From positions 1 through 60,531 of the forward strand of contig CAZIDS010000001.1 in assembly GCA_964537945.1 (NCBI GenBank): DNA of 60,531 bases, given 5' to 3'. Below the pieces are notes generated by a model. The model ran no database searches. It had not been told where the DNA came from and saw only the letters and a list, made by a program, of their open reading frames with translations. Position 1 is the first letter of the stretch, and the number at the start of each line of letters is the position of its first letter. Source of the DNA: an uncultured Gemmatimonas sp. (GTDB lineage Bacteria; Gemmatimonadota; Gemmatimonadetes; Gemmatimonadales; Gemmatimonadaceae). A program made the translations under genes and the position numbers. Positions 19,453 to 29,900 of this stretch are shown one piece after another.

Positions 19453-21597
19453 ATGGCCTCCGCGCGCCACCACCGCACCTGCACCCTCTGCGAGGCGATG
19501 TGCGGTCTCGTCATCACCACCGAGGGCGACAAGGTCACGGGAATCCGCGGCGATCCCGACGACCCGCTGAGCAAGGGCCATGTCTGCCCCAAGGCGGTCG
19601 CGCTCCAGGACGTGCACACCGATCCCGACCGGCTGCGCCATCCGATGCGGCGCGTCGACGGACGGTGGGAGCGCATCGGCTGGGACGAGGCGATCGCGAT
19701 GGCCGTCGACGGGCTGCGCCAGGTGCAGCGTGCGCACGGGCCGAACGCCGTCGCGGCGTACCTCGGCAACCCGACCGTGCATTCGCTCGGCGCGATGCTG
19801 ATGGTGCCCGGCTTCCTGCGCGCGCTGCGGACGCAGAACCGCTTCAGTGCGACGTCGGTGGACCAGCTGCCGGCGCACGTGGCGGCGCAGATGGTCTTCG
19901 GGCACTCGCTGCTGATCCCGGTGCCCGACATCGACCGCACCGATCACTTTCTCATCCTCGGCGCGAACCCGGCGGCGTCGAATGGGAGCCTGATGACGGC
20001 GCCGGGCGTGATGGACCGCATCGCGGCGATCCGCGCGCGCGGCGGGCGCGTGGTGGTGGTAGACCCGCGGCGCACCGACACGGCGGCCGCCGCCGACGCC
20101 CACCACTTCATCAAGCCGGGCGGCGATGCGCTGCTGCTGCTCGCGCTGCTGCACGTCGTCTTCGCCGAGCGGCTCGACAGGCCCGGGCGGCTCACGTCGC
20201 AGATCGACGGACTCGACGCGCTGCGCGAGCTCGCCGCACGCTTCGCGCCCGAGCGCGTCGCGACCGCCATCGGGATGGAGCCGGCGGCGATGCGCCGCAT
20301 CGCGCGTGAGTTCGCGAACGCGAAGGCGGCGGTCGCGTACGGCCGCGTCGGCGTGTCGATGCAGGAGTTCGGCGGGCTCGCGACCTGGCTGATCACCGCG
20401 CTCAACCTCGCGTGCGGGCGCATCGACGAACCGGGTGGCGCGATGTTCCCGAGACCGGCGGTGGACGTGATGCGCGCCGACCAGCGCTCGTCGAAGCCGC
20501 GCTTCGGACGCTGGAAGAGCCGCGTGCGCGGACTCCCCGAGTTCGCCGGCGAACTGCCGGTCGCCGCACTCGCCGAGGAGATGGAGACGCCGGGCCAGGG
20601 CCAGGTGCGCGCGCTCGTCACGCACGCCGGCAACCCGGTGCTCTCGACGCCGAACGGCGCGCGCCTCGACCGCGCGCTCGCGCAGCTCGACTTCTTCGTC
20701 GCGATCGACACGCACGTCAACGAGACGACGCGCCACGCGCACCTGATCCTGCCGCCGTCGTCGCCCCTCGAGCGCGAGCACTACGACCTCGCGTTCCACC
20801 TGCTCGCCGTGCGCGACACCGCGAAGTGGTCGGACGCGGTCTTCGAGAAGCCGGCCGATGCGCGGCACGACTGGGAGATCCTCAACGCGCTCACGGCTCG
20901 GCTTCGCGGTGACTGGCGCTCGCAGCTGCGCGCGCGCGCGACCGCCGCGCTCGGGCCGCGGTTCCTGATCGACGCCGGATTGCGCAGCGGCCCCTACGGC
21001 ACCGGGTGGCGCCCGTTCGGCGGCGGGCTCACCGTCTCCAAGCTGCGGCGCGCGAAGAGCGGGATCGACCTTGGCCCGATGAAATCGCAGCTGCCGCAGC
21101 GGCTGCGCACCGCGGACCGGCGGATCCACGCGGCGCCGGACCTGTTCGTGGAGGACGTGGCCCGGCTCGAGGCACGCTGGCTGGGGCCCGCGGCGCCCGC
21201 GGCCGACGAGCTCGCGCTCATCGGCCGGCGCGACGTGCGCTCGTGCAACTCGTGGATGCACAACTACGACCGGCTCGTGCGCGGGAAGAACCGCTGCACG
21301 CTGCTCATGCATCCGAGTGACGCGACGACGCGCGGCCTCGCCGACGGCGCCCGCGTGCGCATCTCGGCGCGCGCGGGGAGCGTGGAAGCCGAGCTCGAGC
21401 TCACCGACACGATGATGCCGGGCGTCGTGAGCCTGCCGCACGGCTGGGGGCACGGACGCGCCGGCGCGCAGCTCGCGATCGCCGCCCGGCACGCGGGAGT
21501 GAGCATCAACGACCTCACCGACGACCAGCGCGTGGATGAGCTCACCGGGAATGCGGCCTTCAGCGGCGTGCCCGTACGGGTGTTCGCGATTGCCTGA
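19453..21597 (+). CDS. Molybdopterin (bis-MGD) oxidoreductase, stand-alone, MopB_1-like uncharacterised subfamily
   Basis: N-terminal CTLCEAMCG...CPK [4Fe-4S] motif, RLRHP, GANPAASNG, VVVDPRRT, C-terminal MHPSDA...GVVSLPHGWG. No Tat signal. Confidence 0.9.
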   Translation: MASARHHRTCTLCEAMCGLVITTEGDKVTGIRGDPDDPLSKGHVCPKAVALQDVHTDPDRLRHPMRRVDGRWERIGWDEAIAMAVDGLRQVQRAHGPNAVAAYLGNPTVHSLGAMLMVPGFLRALRTQNRFSATSVDQLPAHVAAQMVFGHSLLIPVPDIDRTDHFLILGANPAASNGSLMTAPGVMDRIAAIRARGGRVVVVDPRRTDTAAAADAHHFIKPGGDALLLLALLHVVFAERLDRPGRLTSQIDGLDALRELAARFAPERVATAIGMEPAAMRRIAREFANAKAAVAYGRVGVSMQEFGGLATWLITALNLACGRIDEPGGAMFPRPAVDVMRADQRSSKPRFGRWKSRVRGLPEFAGELPVAALAEEMETPGQGQVRALVTHAGNPVLSTPNGARLDRALAQLDFFVAIDTHVNETTRHAHLILPPSSPLEREHYDLAFHLLAVRDTAKWSDAVFEKPADARHDWEILNALTARLRGDWRSQLRARATAALGPRFLIDAGLRSGPYGTGWRPFGGGLTVSKLRRAKSGIDLGPMKSQLPQRLRTADRRIHAAPDLFVEDVARLEARWLGPAAPAADELALIGRRDVRSCNSWMHNYDRLVRGKNRCTLLMHPSDATTRGLADGARVRISARAGSVEAELELTDTMMPGVVSLPHGWGHGRAGAQLAIAARHAGVSINDLTDDQRVDELTGNAAFSGVPVRVFAIA

Positions 21598-21601
21598 CCG
21601 G

Positions 21602-23434
21602 GTGCACACCCTCTCGAAGTCCGACTTCAAGCTCGCGCGCAGCTGCGCGACGAAGCTCTACTACCGCGAGCTCGGCTACCCGACGACGCTCGAGGACGAC
21701 GAGTACCTCGAGCTGCTCGCCGAGGGCGGCTACATGGTGGAGCTGCTCGCGAAGCAGCTCTTCCCCGAGGGCGTCACGATGGCGTACGGTCGCGGCTCCG
21801 CCGAGGCGCAAGCCGCCGCGGCGGCGACGGCCGAACGCCTGGCGGCCGGCGACTGCACGCTCTTCGAGGCGACCCTGCTGCACGACGACCGGCTCGCGCG
21901 CGTGGACATCCTCCGGCGGAGCGCGCGCGGCTTCGACCTCTACGAGGTGAAGTCGTCGTCGTTCGATCCCGAGGACGCGGAGAAGCGGCTCGCGAAGACC
22001 GGCAGCGCGTTCCGCAACATGAAGGCGCCGTTCGGCATCCACTCCGGCTGGCGTGACTACCTCGAGGACGTCACGTACCAGGTGACGGTGCTCAAGGACC
22101 TCCACCCGGGTGTCCCGGTGCGTCCGCACCTCATCCTGATGGACAAGGGGCGCGTCGCCGCGCACGAGGGGATGCCGTCCTGGTTCGAGCTGGTGCGCTC
22201 GCCCGACGGCGACCTCGTCACGGCACGATTCCTCGGCGATCCGGCGCTCGCGCGGCAGGACCCGCTCACCATCGGGCTCGACGTCTCCGCCGAGGTGGCG
22301 GAACTGGAGCCTGAGGTGCGGGCGGCGACGGCCGAGTTCCTCGCGACGCTGCGGCCCACGCTCACCCGCACGCCACCCGTGCTCGCGGGCCGGTGCAAGA
22401 AGTGCGAGTTCCGCGTGGAGCCGGACGAGCCGCGGAACGGCTTCCTCGAATGCTGGGGCGCGCGCGGCCACGCGGCACCGCACGTGCTCGACCTCTACCA
22501 GGGCGGCGAGGTGCGTGAGCGGCTCATCGCCGCCGGCGTCGACCGGCTCGTCGATGCGCACGAGGTGCACTTCGCGGGGAAGACCGGGACCTACGCGTCG
22601 CGCCAGCAGCTGCATGTCCGGCAGACGCAGCGCGACGAGGAGTGGCACGATCCCGCGCTGCGTTCGCACCTCGACGGCGTGCGCTGGCCGCTCCATTTCA
22701 TCGATTTCGAGGCGGCGCGGATGGCCGTGCCGCACCACAAGGGGATGCGCCCCTACGGCCAGCTCGCGTTCCAGTGGAGCTGCCATACCATCCGCGCGCC
22801 GGGCGCGCCGATCGTGCACGGCGAGTACCTCAACACCGACGCTTCGTGGCCGAACGAGCGCTTCGCGCGCGCACTGCGCGACCAGCTCGGTGACGAGGGC
22901 TCGGTGCTCGTGTGGTCGCACTTCGAGCGCAGCGTGCTCGAGGAGGTCGCCGACGACCTCACGGCGCTCGGCACCGGCGACCAGGGACTCGCGAACTGGC
23001 TGCGCGCGCTCGCGGTCAAGTCGGGCACGGCGGGCGCGCGGCAGGTGGACATGCTCACCATCTGCCGCGAGCGCTACTACCACCCGGCGATGGGCGGCAG
23101 CTACTCCATCAAGGCCGTGCTCGACGCCGTGTGGCGCTCGTCGCCGTTGGTGCGCGAGCGCTTCAGGGCGGTCACGGGCAAGGAAGGCAATCCCGCGCTC
23201 GGCCCGTACGCGGCGCTCTCGTCGGACATCATCGCGGGCGAGGAGCAGGGCGTGCGCGAGGGCACCGGGGCCATGCGCGCGTACTTCCGCATGGCCTACG
23301 GCGACGAACGGAAGGACCCGCAGGCCGTCGCGAAGTGGTCGACGCTGCTTCGGCAGTACTGCGCGCTCGACACGCTCGCGATGGTACTCATCTGGGAGCA
23401 CTGGGACCGCATCACCGCCACCGGGACAGGCTGA
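21602..23434 (+). CDS. DUF2779 domain protein (PD-(D/E)XK nuclease-like N-terminus plus RNase H/DEDD-like C-terminus)
   Basis: LSKSDF..A..C.TKLY start, RVDIL...LYEVKSS, CKKC-x15-C, FIDFE, PYGQLAFQWS, GSYSIKAVL, YCALDTLAM. Confidence 0.8.
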   Translation: MHTLSKSDFKLARSCATKLYYRELGYPTTLEDDEYLELLAEGGYMVELLAKQLFPEGVTMAYGRGSAEAQAAAAATAERLAAGDCTLFEATLLHDDRLARVDILRRSARGFDLYEVKSSSFDPEDAEKRLAKTGSAFRNMKAPFGIHSGWRDYLEDVTYQVTVLKDLHPGVPVRPHLILMDKGRVAAHEGMPSWFELVRSPDGDLVTARFLGDPALARQDPLTIGLDVSAEVAELEPEVRAATAEFLATLRPTLTRTPPVLAGRCKKCEFRVEPDEPRNGFLECWGARGHAAPHVLDLYQGGEVRERLIAAGVDRLVDAHEVHFAGKTGTYASRQQLHVRQTQRDEEWHDPALRSHLDGVRWPLHFIDFEAARMAVPHHKGMRPYGQLAFQWSCHTIRAPGAPIVHGEYLNTDASWPNERFARALRDQLGDEGSVLVWSHFERSVLEEVADDLTALGTGDQGLANWLRALAVKSGTAGARQVDMLTICRERYYHPAMGGSYSIKAVLDAVWRSSPLVRERFRAVTGKEGNPALGPYAALSSDIIAGEEQGVREGTGAMRAYFRMAYGDERKDPQAVAKWSTLLRQYCALDTLAMVLIWEHWDRITATGTG

Positions 23435-24423
23435 TGGAACGCGCACGCCGCACCACCGCCCTCGCGCTCGTCGCGCTCACGCTCGGGGGCCTCGCCGCGG
23501 CGCAGGCGCGGCCGCGCTCGGGGAACCCCGTCCTCCCCGGCTGGTACGCCGACCCCGAGGCGCACGTCTTCGCCGGCGAGTACTGGATCCATCCCACCTA
23601 CTCGGCGCGCTACGGCCAGCAGGTCTTCATGGACGCGTTCTCGTCGCGCGACCTCGTCACGTGGACGAAGCACGAGCGCATCGTCGACACCGCGTCGGTG
23701 AAGTGGGCGACGCGCGCGATGTGGGCGCCGTCGATCGTCGAGAAGGACGGCTGGTACTACCTCTTCTTCGGCGCGAACGACATCCAGAACGACTCGCAGC
23801 CGGGCGGCATCGGCGTCGCGCGGTCGCGTTCGCCGGGCGGCCCGTTCACCGATCACCTCGGCAAGCCGCTGATCGACCGCTTCCACAACGGAGCGCAGCC
23901 GATCGACCAGATGGTCTTCCGCGACCCGGCGAGAGGGCGATGGTACATCGTCTACGGCGGCTGGCGCCACTGCAACATCGCGCAGCTCAACGACGACTTC
24001 ACCGGCTTCGTCCCCTTCGCCGACGGCACGACCTTCAAGGAGATCACGCCCGCGGGCTTCGTCGAAGGCGCGTTCATGCTGGTGAAGGACGGCAAGTACT
24101 ACTTCATGTGGTCGGAGGGCGGCTGGACGGGGCCGAACTACGCGGTCGCGTACGCGATCGGCGACTCGCCGCTCGGGCCGTTCGAGCGCATCGGCAGGAT
24201 CCTGCAGCAGGACTCGACCATCGCGACCGGCGCGGGCCACCACTCGGTGCTGCGCTCGCCCGCCGGCAACTGGTACATCGTCTATCACCGTCGTCCGCTC
24301 GGCGAGACCGATCGCGATCATCGCGTGGTGAGCATCGACGAGCTGCATTTCGGTGCCGACGGCCGGATCGCCCCGGTGCGGATCACGAAGGAAGGCGTCG
24401 CGGCGGACCCCGTGCGGCGCTGA
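23434..24423 (+). CDS. Glycoside hydrolase family 43, secreted
   Basis: TGATG overlap, signal peptide, GNPVLPGWYADP, WAPS, PIDQ, VEGA, GAGHHS. Confidence 0.92.
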   Translation: MERARRTTALALVALTLGGLAAAQARPRSGNPVLPGWYADPEAHVFAGEYWIHPTYSARYGQQVFMDAFSSRDLVTWTKHERIVDTASVKWATRAMWAPSIVEKDGWYYLFFGANDIQNDSQPGGIGVARSRSPGGPFTDHLGKPLIDRFHNGAQPIDQMVFRDPARGRWYIVYGGWRHCNIAQLNDDFTGFVPFADGTTFKEITPAGFVEGAFMLVKDGKYYFMWSEGGWTGPNYAVAYAIGDSPLGPFERIGRILQQDSTIATGAGHHSVLRSPAGNWYIVYHRRPLGETDRDHRVVSIDELHFGADGRIAPVRITKEGVAADPVRR

Positions 24424-24433
24424 CCGCCGCGCC

Positions 24434-25897
24434 TCAGGGCACCGAGGGTGTCGCGACCGACTGGATGATGCCCGGCGCCGTGAGCGTGAAGGGGACCGTG
24501 CGCTCGCGGCCACGCGTCTCCCACCGCACCGTCACGTCGCGGCGCATCGGGATGTCGCAGATGAGCCACTGGCCCTGCGCGTCGGTGAAGGCCTCGCGCA
24601 GGTGCTCGCGCTTCGTGAACTCCGTGCGGTCCACGACCACCGGCTCGTCCCAGGTGGCGCGGACGAGGACGCCGCTCACCGACTCGGAATCGACCGGCGC
24701 GACGGTACCGCGTGCGGCGCCCGTGAGCTGCGTCGTGACGCGCTCCGGGCAGGCGCGACCGAACTCGGAGCGCGCGGCGGCACCCTCGACGGGGTCGGCG
24801 CGCAGCAGCGGCAGGTCGTCCTTCAGCACCGCCAGCACGCGGCCGCCCTGCACGCGATGGCCGATGATGTCGATCAACGTCATCGTCGAGCGCACCAGCG
24901 TCGTGTTGCCGTCGCCGGTGCGGTAGCCGAGGAGCGGGAAGCGCTGGTACCAGCGCACCGTCACCCAGTCGCCGTTGTCGAGCTGCGCGAAGTCGAGGAC
25001 GCCGCCCGCGTTCGCGAACCGCTCCTCCTCGCGCATGCCCTGAAAGCGGAACTCGGCGCGTCGCAGCGTGAGCGTCGTGGCGTCGAACAGGTAGGCGCCC
25101 TCGAGGTCGACGAGGCCCTTCCGTTCGCGTGCCGGCCGGAACTCGACGCGCAGCAGGCCGCCCTCCTGCGGCGCGAGCGAGAAGCAGTGCGTCGAGATGA
25201 ACCACTCGGTCCCGAGCAGCGCGGGCTCGGGCGCGCGGAAGACGCGCTCGCCGCCGACGGTCGCGAAGAAGCCGGAGGCCTCGAGTTCCTCGGCCGTCGT
25301 CGCGTGGAACAGCGACGGCAGCGCGCCGGTCGCGCGCCGAAGCAGCGAGCGCAGCGTGTCCTCGCCGGTCTTCGCGACGCGGTGGTCGAATGTCACGTAT
25401 CGCGCGACGATGTCGGTGCGCCCGACCGTCGCCTGCGCAGCGACGAAGGTCTTCCGCGCCTCCTCGACGACGAGCTGCGCCGCGGCGCGATCCGCCGCGT
25501 TCGCGCGGCCGCACGTCGACGCGCCCCGGCGCAGCGCCGGCACCTTCACCGCCTCGGCGCCGAGGGTCACGACGACGTCGGCGACCTCATCGTGGCCCAG
25601 GCGCTGCGTCGGCCCGGCCGTGGGCGCGAAGCCCGTCCGCAGCAGGCGGAGCGTGACCGGCTTCAATGAATCCACGAAGAGGACGAAGCGTCCTTCCGCG
25701 CCGGTCACCGTCTGCGTGACCGGGCGGCCGGCGGCGTCGTTCGCGACGACGATCACGCCGGCGACCGGCGTCGCGCCGTCCGGCAGGACGACCGTGCCCA
25801 TGAACTGCTGTGCGCGTGCCGGCGCGGCGAGGGCGCCGAGGGCGCCGAAGGCGGCGGCGAGCGCGAGCGCGCGGAGGAGGCGAGGGTCGGGTCGCAT
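24434..25897 (-). CDS. Secreted protein with carboxypeptidase-regulatory-like (transthyretin-fold) domains
   Basis: Signal peptide ending ARA-Q. GTVVLPDGATPVAGVIV...TGAEGRF...RTGF and a second GTV...TDAQGQW..C module. Confidence 0.75.
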   Translation of the reverse strand: MRPDPRLLRALALAAAFGALGALAAPARAQQFMGTVVLPDGATPVAGVIVVANDAAGRPVTQTVTGAEGRFVLFVDSLKPVTLRLLRTGFAPTAGPTQRLGHDEVADVVVTLGAEAVKVPALRRGASTCGRANAADRAAAQLVVEEARKTFVAAQATVGRTDIVARYVTFDHRVAKTGEDTLRSLLRRATGALPSLFHATTAEELEASGFFATVGGERVFRAPEPALLGTEWFISTHCFSLAPQEGGLLRVEFRPARERKGLVDLEGAYLFDATTLTLRRAEFRFQGMREEERFANAGGVLDFAQLDNGDWVTVRWYQRFPLLGYRTGDGNTTLVRSTMTLIDIIGHRVQGGRVLAVLKDDLPLLRADPVEGAAARSEFGRACPERVTTQLTGAARGTVAPVDSESVSGVLVRATWDEPVVVDRTEFTKREHLREAFTDAQGQWLICDIPMRRDVTVRWETRGRERTVPFTLTAPGIIQSVATPSVP

Positions 25898-26031
25898 CGG
25901 TGATGGAACGTGAGGGGCGGCGCATGGCGGCCGCAAGCGCGACCGGAGCGCTACGCATGCGCATCCAGCCGCCGTTGACACGATGCACCGGCCCCCGTAG
26001 CTCTCCCGCGCACCCCAACCCGAGTGAGCCC

Positions 26032-26637
26032 GTGGCGAAGAAGGACCCGCGCATCGACGCCTACATCGCGAAGGCGCCGCCGTTCGCGAAGCCGATCCTC
26101 AAGCACATCCGCGCCCTCGTGCACGAGGCGTGCCCGGAGGTGGAGGAAGGGATCAAGTGGAGCACGCCACACTTCGGCTACAACGGCGGGATGATGGCGG
26201 GCATGGCGGCGTTCAAGGCGCACGCTGTGTTCGGCTTCTGGAAGGGCTCGCAGCTGATGGGCAAGGACAGCAAGAACGCCGAGGCGATGGGGGACTTCGG
26301 CCGCATGACGTCGCTGAAGGACCTGCCGAGCGACGCGCGCGTGAAGAAGCTCATCAAGGACGCGATGAAGCTGAACGACGACGGCGCGCCGCGCGTGCCG
26401 CGGAAGAAGCGCGCGCCGAAGCCGCCGGCCGCGGTGCCCGCCGACCTGGCGCGCGCGCTCGCGTCGGACGCGAAGGCGAGGGCGACCTTCGACGCATTCT
26501 CGCCGAGCCATCGCCGCGAGTACATCGAGTGGATCGTGGAGGCGAAGGCCGCGGCGACGCGCGAACGTCGTCTCGCGACGACGCTTGAGTGGCTGGCGGA
26601 GGGGAAGCCGCGGAACTGGAAGTACATGAAGCGCTGA
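26032..26637 (+). CDS. YdeI/OmpD-associated family protein (DUF1801 plus OmdA)
   Basis: DPRIDAYI, EEGIKWSTP, F..FSPSHRREYIEWIVEAK..TRERR. Confidence 0.9.
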   Translation: MAKKDPRIDAYIAKAPPFAKPILKHIRALVHEACPEVEEGIKWSTPHFGYNGGMMAGMAAFKAHAVFGFWKGSQLMGKDSKNAEAMGDFGRMTSLKDLPSDARVKKLIKDAMKLNDDGAPRVPRKKRAPKPPAAVPADLARALASDAKARATFDAFSPSHRREYIEWIVEAKAAATRERRLATTLEWLAEGKPRNWKYMKR

Positions 26638-26711
26638 TGCGCTGCTGGGGCTTCGTCGCGGCGGCTGCGCGACGGTCTCGAAGTCGGTGGCAGTGTGACC
26701 ACCTGCCACTG

Positions 26712-26744
26712 CACCATTATAAGGCCACAATACGGCCACTATAG
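26712..26744 (+). promoter_or_regulatory. Three tandem 11-bp direct repeats (putative regulator boxes)
   Basis: CACCATTATAA / GGCCACAATAC / GGCCACTATAG, core CCAYWATA, in an AT-rich patch upstream of the giant gene. Confidence 0.55.
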
Positions 26745-26923
26745 CGCCTTTTTACTCAAGTATCGGGGGATTTTTGAGCCGTCTCCGGCGCCGGCGCTCA
26801 ACGCGTGAGCACGCCACTTGCGTTACGAATTCCACGATGGCCCTTCCTTAGAGGGCAGGTCGTCCTAGTATTCGCCTCCCCGGCAGGTCCTGGAGCATTG
26901 ATGTCCGTCGTCGTTGCCACGAT

Positions 26924-26960
26924 CCCGAGTGGCCTCCTGATGGTGCGGAGGCCAGTCGGG
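26924..26960 (+). promoter_or_regulatory. Anti-Shine-Dalgarno hairpin in the giant-gene leader
   Basis: CCCGA-G-TGGCCTCC (26924-26937) pairs with GGAGGCCA-G-TCGGG (26947-26960). This covers GGAGG and the first base of the GTG start. Confidence 0.6.
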
Positions 26961-29900
26961 TGAACGGTGTCCGCTCTGCCGACTCGCGTCCGCGGGCGCG
27001 CTCGCGCGCGCGCCGCGCCTTCGCGTCGCTCGCGACGTTCCTCGTCGCCGCGTCGCTGACGACCTGCAAGCTCGACGACCTCCTCACGCCGGGGACCGTC
27101 GGCTCGCTCGCGAGCACCACGAGCGAGGTCGCCGACACGGCCTTCGCGGGCAGCACGGCGACGACGCAGTACGACGTCGACCTGCAGGTCAATGGCGTCG
27201 ACGAGCGCATGCGCTTCGTCGTGTCGGCCGAGCACGGCAGCGGCTGGATCGAACTGCAGGGTGAGACCGGCGTCGCGCCGGGCACCTTCAGCGTCACGGT
27301 GAACCCGACCGGCCTCGCGGCGGGCGACCACGTCGACACGCTGCGCTTCACCTCCGAGGGTCCCGACGCGCCGGTGCTGCGGATCCCGGTGCGCCTCACG
27401 CTGATGCCGTGCGCCGTCACCGACCTCGGCGCGCTGCCGACGACGGTCGCCGGCCAGCTCACGACCGCCGACTGCGCCTCGCCGCGCTTCGCCGACCGCT
27501 TCGCGAAGCGCTACCGTTTCGCGGCGACGGTCAACGACTCGGTGACGTTCCGCCTCGAGTCGTCGGCCTTCGCGCCGTCGCTCGCGGTCTTCCCCGAGGG
27601 CTCGACGACGGCGCTGATCGCGACGAACAGCTGCCCGGTGGCGGCGAACGCCGCCTGCGCGCGCTACGTGCGCATCCCGGCGACGGGGAACTACATCTTC
27701 GAGGCGACGAGCGTCGCTGCGCGCGCGACCGGCGCCTACGACGTCACCATGGGGAGCCCGCGCGCGGCGAACGCGCCGACGGCGCTCGTGCAGACCACGA
27801 ACGCGACGCCGCCGGTGCCGATCGACGTCGGCGGCGCGCTGGCCGCGACCACGCTGCGCCTCGGCGCGACGCTCTCCGACCCCGACCTTGACTCGACGCG
27901 CCTCGAGCTCGAAGTGCGCGCGACCGGCATCGCCTTCACCGGCGTGCCCACGGCGAGCGGCCCGCTCGGCCTCGGCGCATCGACGCTGACGGTCGCCGGC
28001 CTCGCCGACGTGACGGGCTACAAGTGGCGCGCGCGCGCGGTCGACGTCACGGGCCGCGCGAGCGCCTGGGTGGAGTTCGGCGCGAACGCGCCCGACGCCG
28101 TCGACTTCGCGATCGCGATCCCCGACGCGCCGACCGCGCCGGCGTCGATGACCCAGCGCAAGAGCGACGGCACGACGCCGATCGCCGCCGCCGGCGTCAC
28201 CGACGAATCGAGCGTCATGCTCGGCGCGACGCTGAACGACCTCGACGCGGGCGACCAGCTCCGCCTCGAGGTCGAGCTGCGCCCGCTCGCGCAGGCGTTC
28301 ACGAACACGGCGACGTCGACGAGCGTGGCCGTCGGCCCGGGCAACACCGCGACGGTCACGGTCGCCGGCCTCGTCGACGGCGTCTCGTACAAGTGGCAGG
28401 CGCGCACGGTCGACCAGACGGCGCGTGCGAGCGCGTGGACGCCGTTCGTGCCGAGCGGCGCCGCCTTCCGCACCGCCTTCCCGCCGACGCAGCTCGCGTT
28501 CACGTCCTCGCCGACGACCGTCGTGGCCGGTGTCGCGATCGCGCCGGCCGTCACCGTCGCCGCACGCGACGGTGCCGGCGCCACGCTCACGAGCTACACC
28601 GGCCCGATCACGGTCTCGCTCGCAGCGAACCCCGACAGCGCGACGCTCGGCGGCACGCTCACGGTGAACGCGGTCGCGGGCATCGCGACCTTCAGCGACC
28701 TCACGCTCAACCGCGTCGGCACGCAGTTCACGCTGCGCGCGAACGTCGGCGCACTGAGCACGACGACCGCCGCGTTCAGCGTCACGCCGGCCGCGGCCGC
28801 CGCGCTCGTCGTGACCACGTCGCCGGCGAGCGCGACCGCGGGCACGACGCTCGCGCCGGCCACGGTCGTCCGCGCGCGCGACGCCTTCGGCAACGCGGCC
28901 ACCGCGTACACCGGCAACGTCACCGTCGCGCTGGCGACGAACGCCCCCGGCGCGACGCTGGCTGGCACGACGACGGTCGCCGCGGTGGGCGGCGTCGCCA
29001 CGTTCAGCGACCTCAGCGTCGCGCGCGCGGCCACCGGCCTCACGATCGTCGCCAGCGCGCCCGGACTCACCGGCGGCGCCGGCACGGCGTTCAACATCAC
29101 GCCGGGGATCGCCGCCCAGCTGCACGTGACGACCGAGCCTTCGGCCGCCGCGCGCTCCGGCCAGGCGCTGCTGCAGCAGCCGGCGGTCGCGGTCGAGGAC
29201 GCGTTCGGCAATCGCGTCAACGCGAACGGCGTCGTCATCACGGCCTCGGTCGCGACGGGTCCGGGCGCGACGCTCGCCGGCGCGACCGCGACCACGAACG
29301 CCACGGGTCTCGCGCAGTTCACGGGGCTCACGCTCACCGGCACGGGCGGCGCGTACACGCTCGCGTTCAACGGCGGCTCGCTCGCCGCCGACACCTCGAC
29401 GGCGATCACGCTCGGCGCGGGCGGGCTCTCGCGCATCGGCATCAGCGTCCAGCCGTCGGCGACGGTCGTCAGCGGCCAGGTGTTCACGACCCCGGCGCGC
29501 GTGCGCCTGCAGGACGCGTCGGGCAACGACGTCGCGCAGGCCGGCGTGCCGATCTCGGTGGCGATCTCGAGCGGCTCGGGCGTGCTCACCGGCACGTCGC
29601 CGGTGCTCACCGACGCGACCGGCGAGGCCGAGTTCGACGACCTCGTGATCACCGGCGTCGTCGGCGTGCGGCAGCTCTCGTTCGCGTCGCCGGGCCTCGG
29701 CTTCGTCACGAGCGGCAACGTCACGGTGACCGCCGGCGCGGCCTCGTCGATCCAGCTCGTGGCGGGCACCGGGCAGAACGCGGTCGCGGGCGCGAACGTC
29801 ACCACGCCGCCGTCGGTCCGCGTGCGCGACGCGAGCGGCAACGTCGTCGCGGGCGCGCCGGTGACCTTCGCCGTCACGGGCGGCGCGGGCACCGTGCTGC

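Noticed and set aside
21602..23434. CRISPR-Cas adaptation locus suggested by Cas4-like motifs
   Set aside because: No cas1/cas2 or array is nearby, and the overall architecture fits DUF2779.
26756..26785. TCAAG...GCCGTC as a sigma28 promoter for the giant gene
   Set aside because: Spacer is too long (17 nt) and the -10 match is poor.
26760..26925. Known riboswitch (c-di-GMP, SAM, TPP, cobalamin) in the adhesin leader
   Set aside because: I could not find the conserved aptamer signatures by eye. Only generic hairpins are supportable without an Infernal search.
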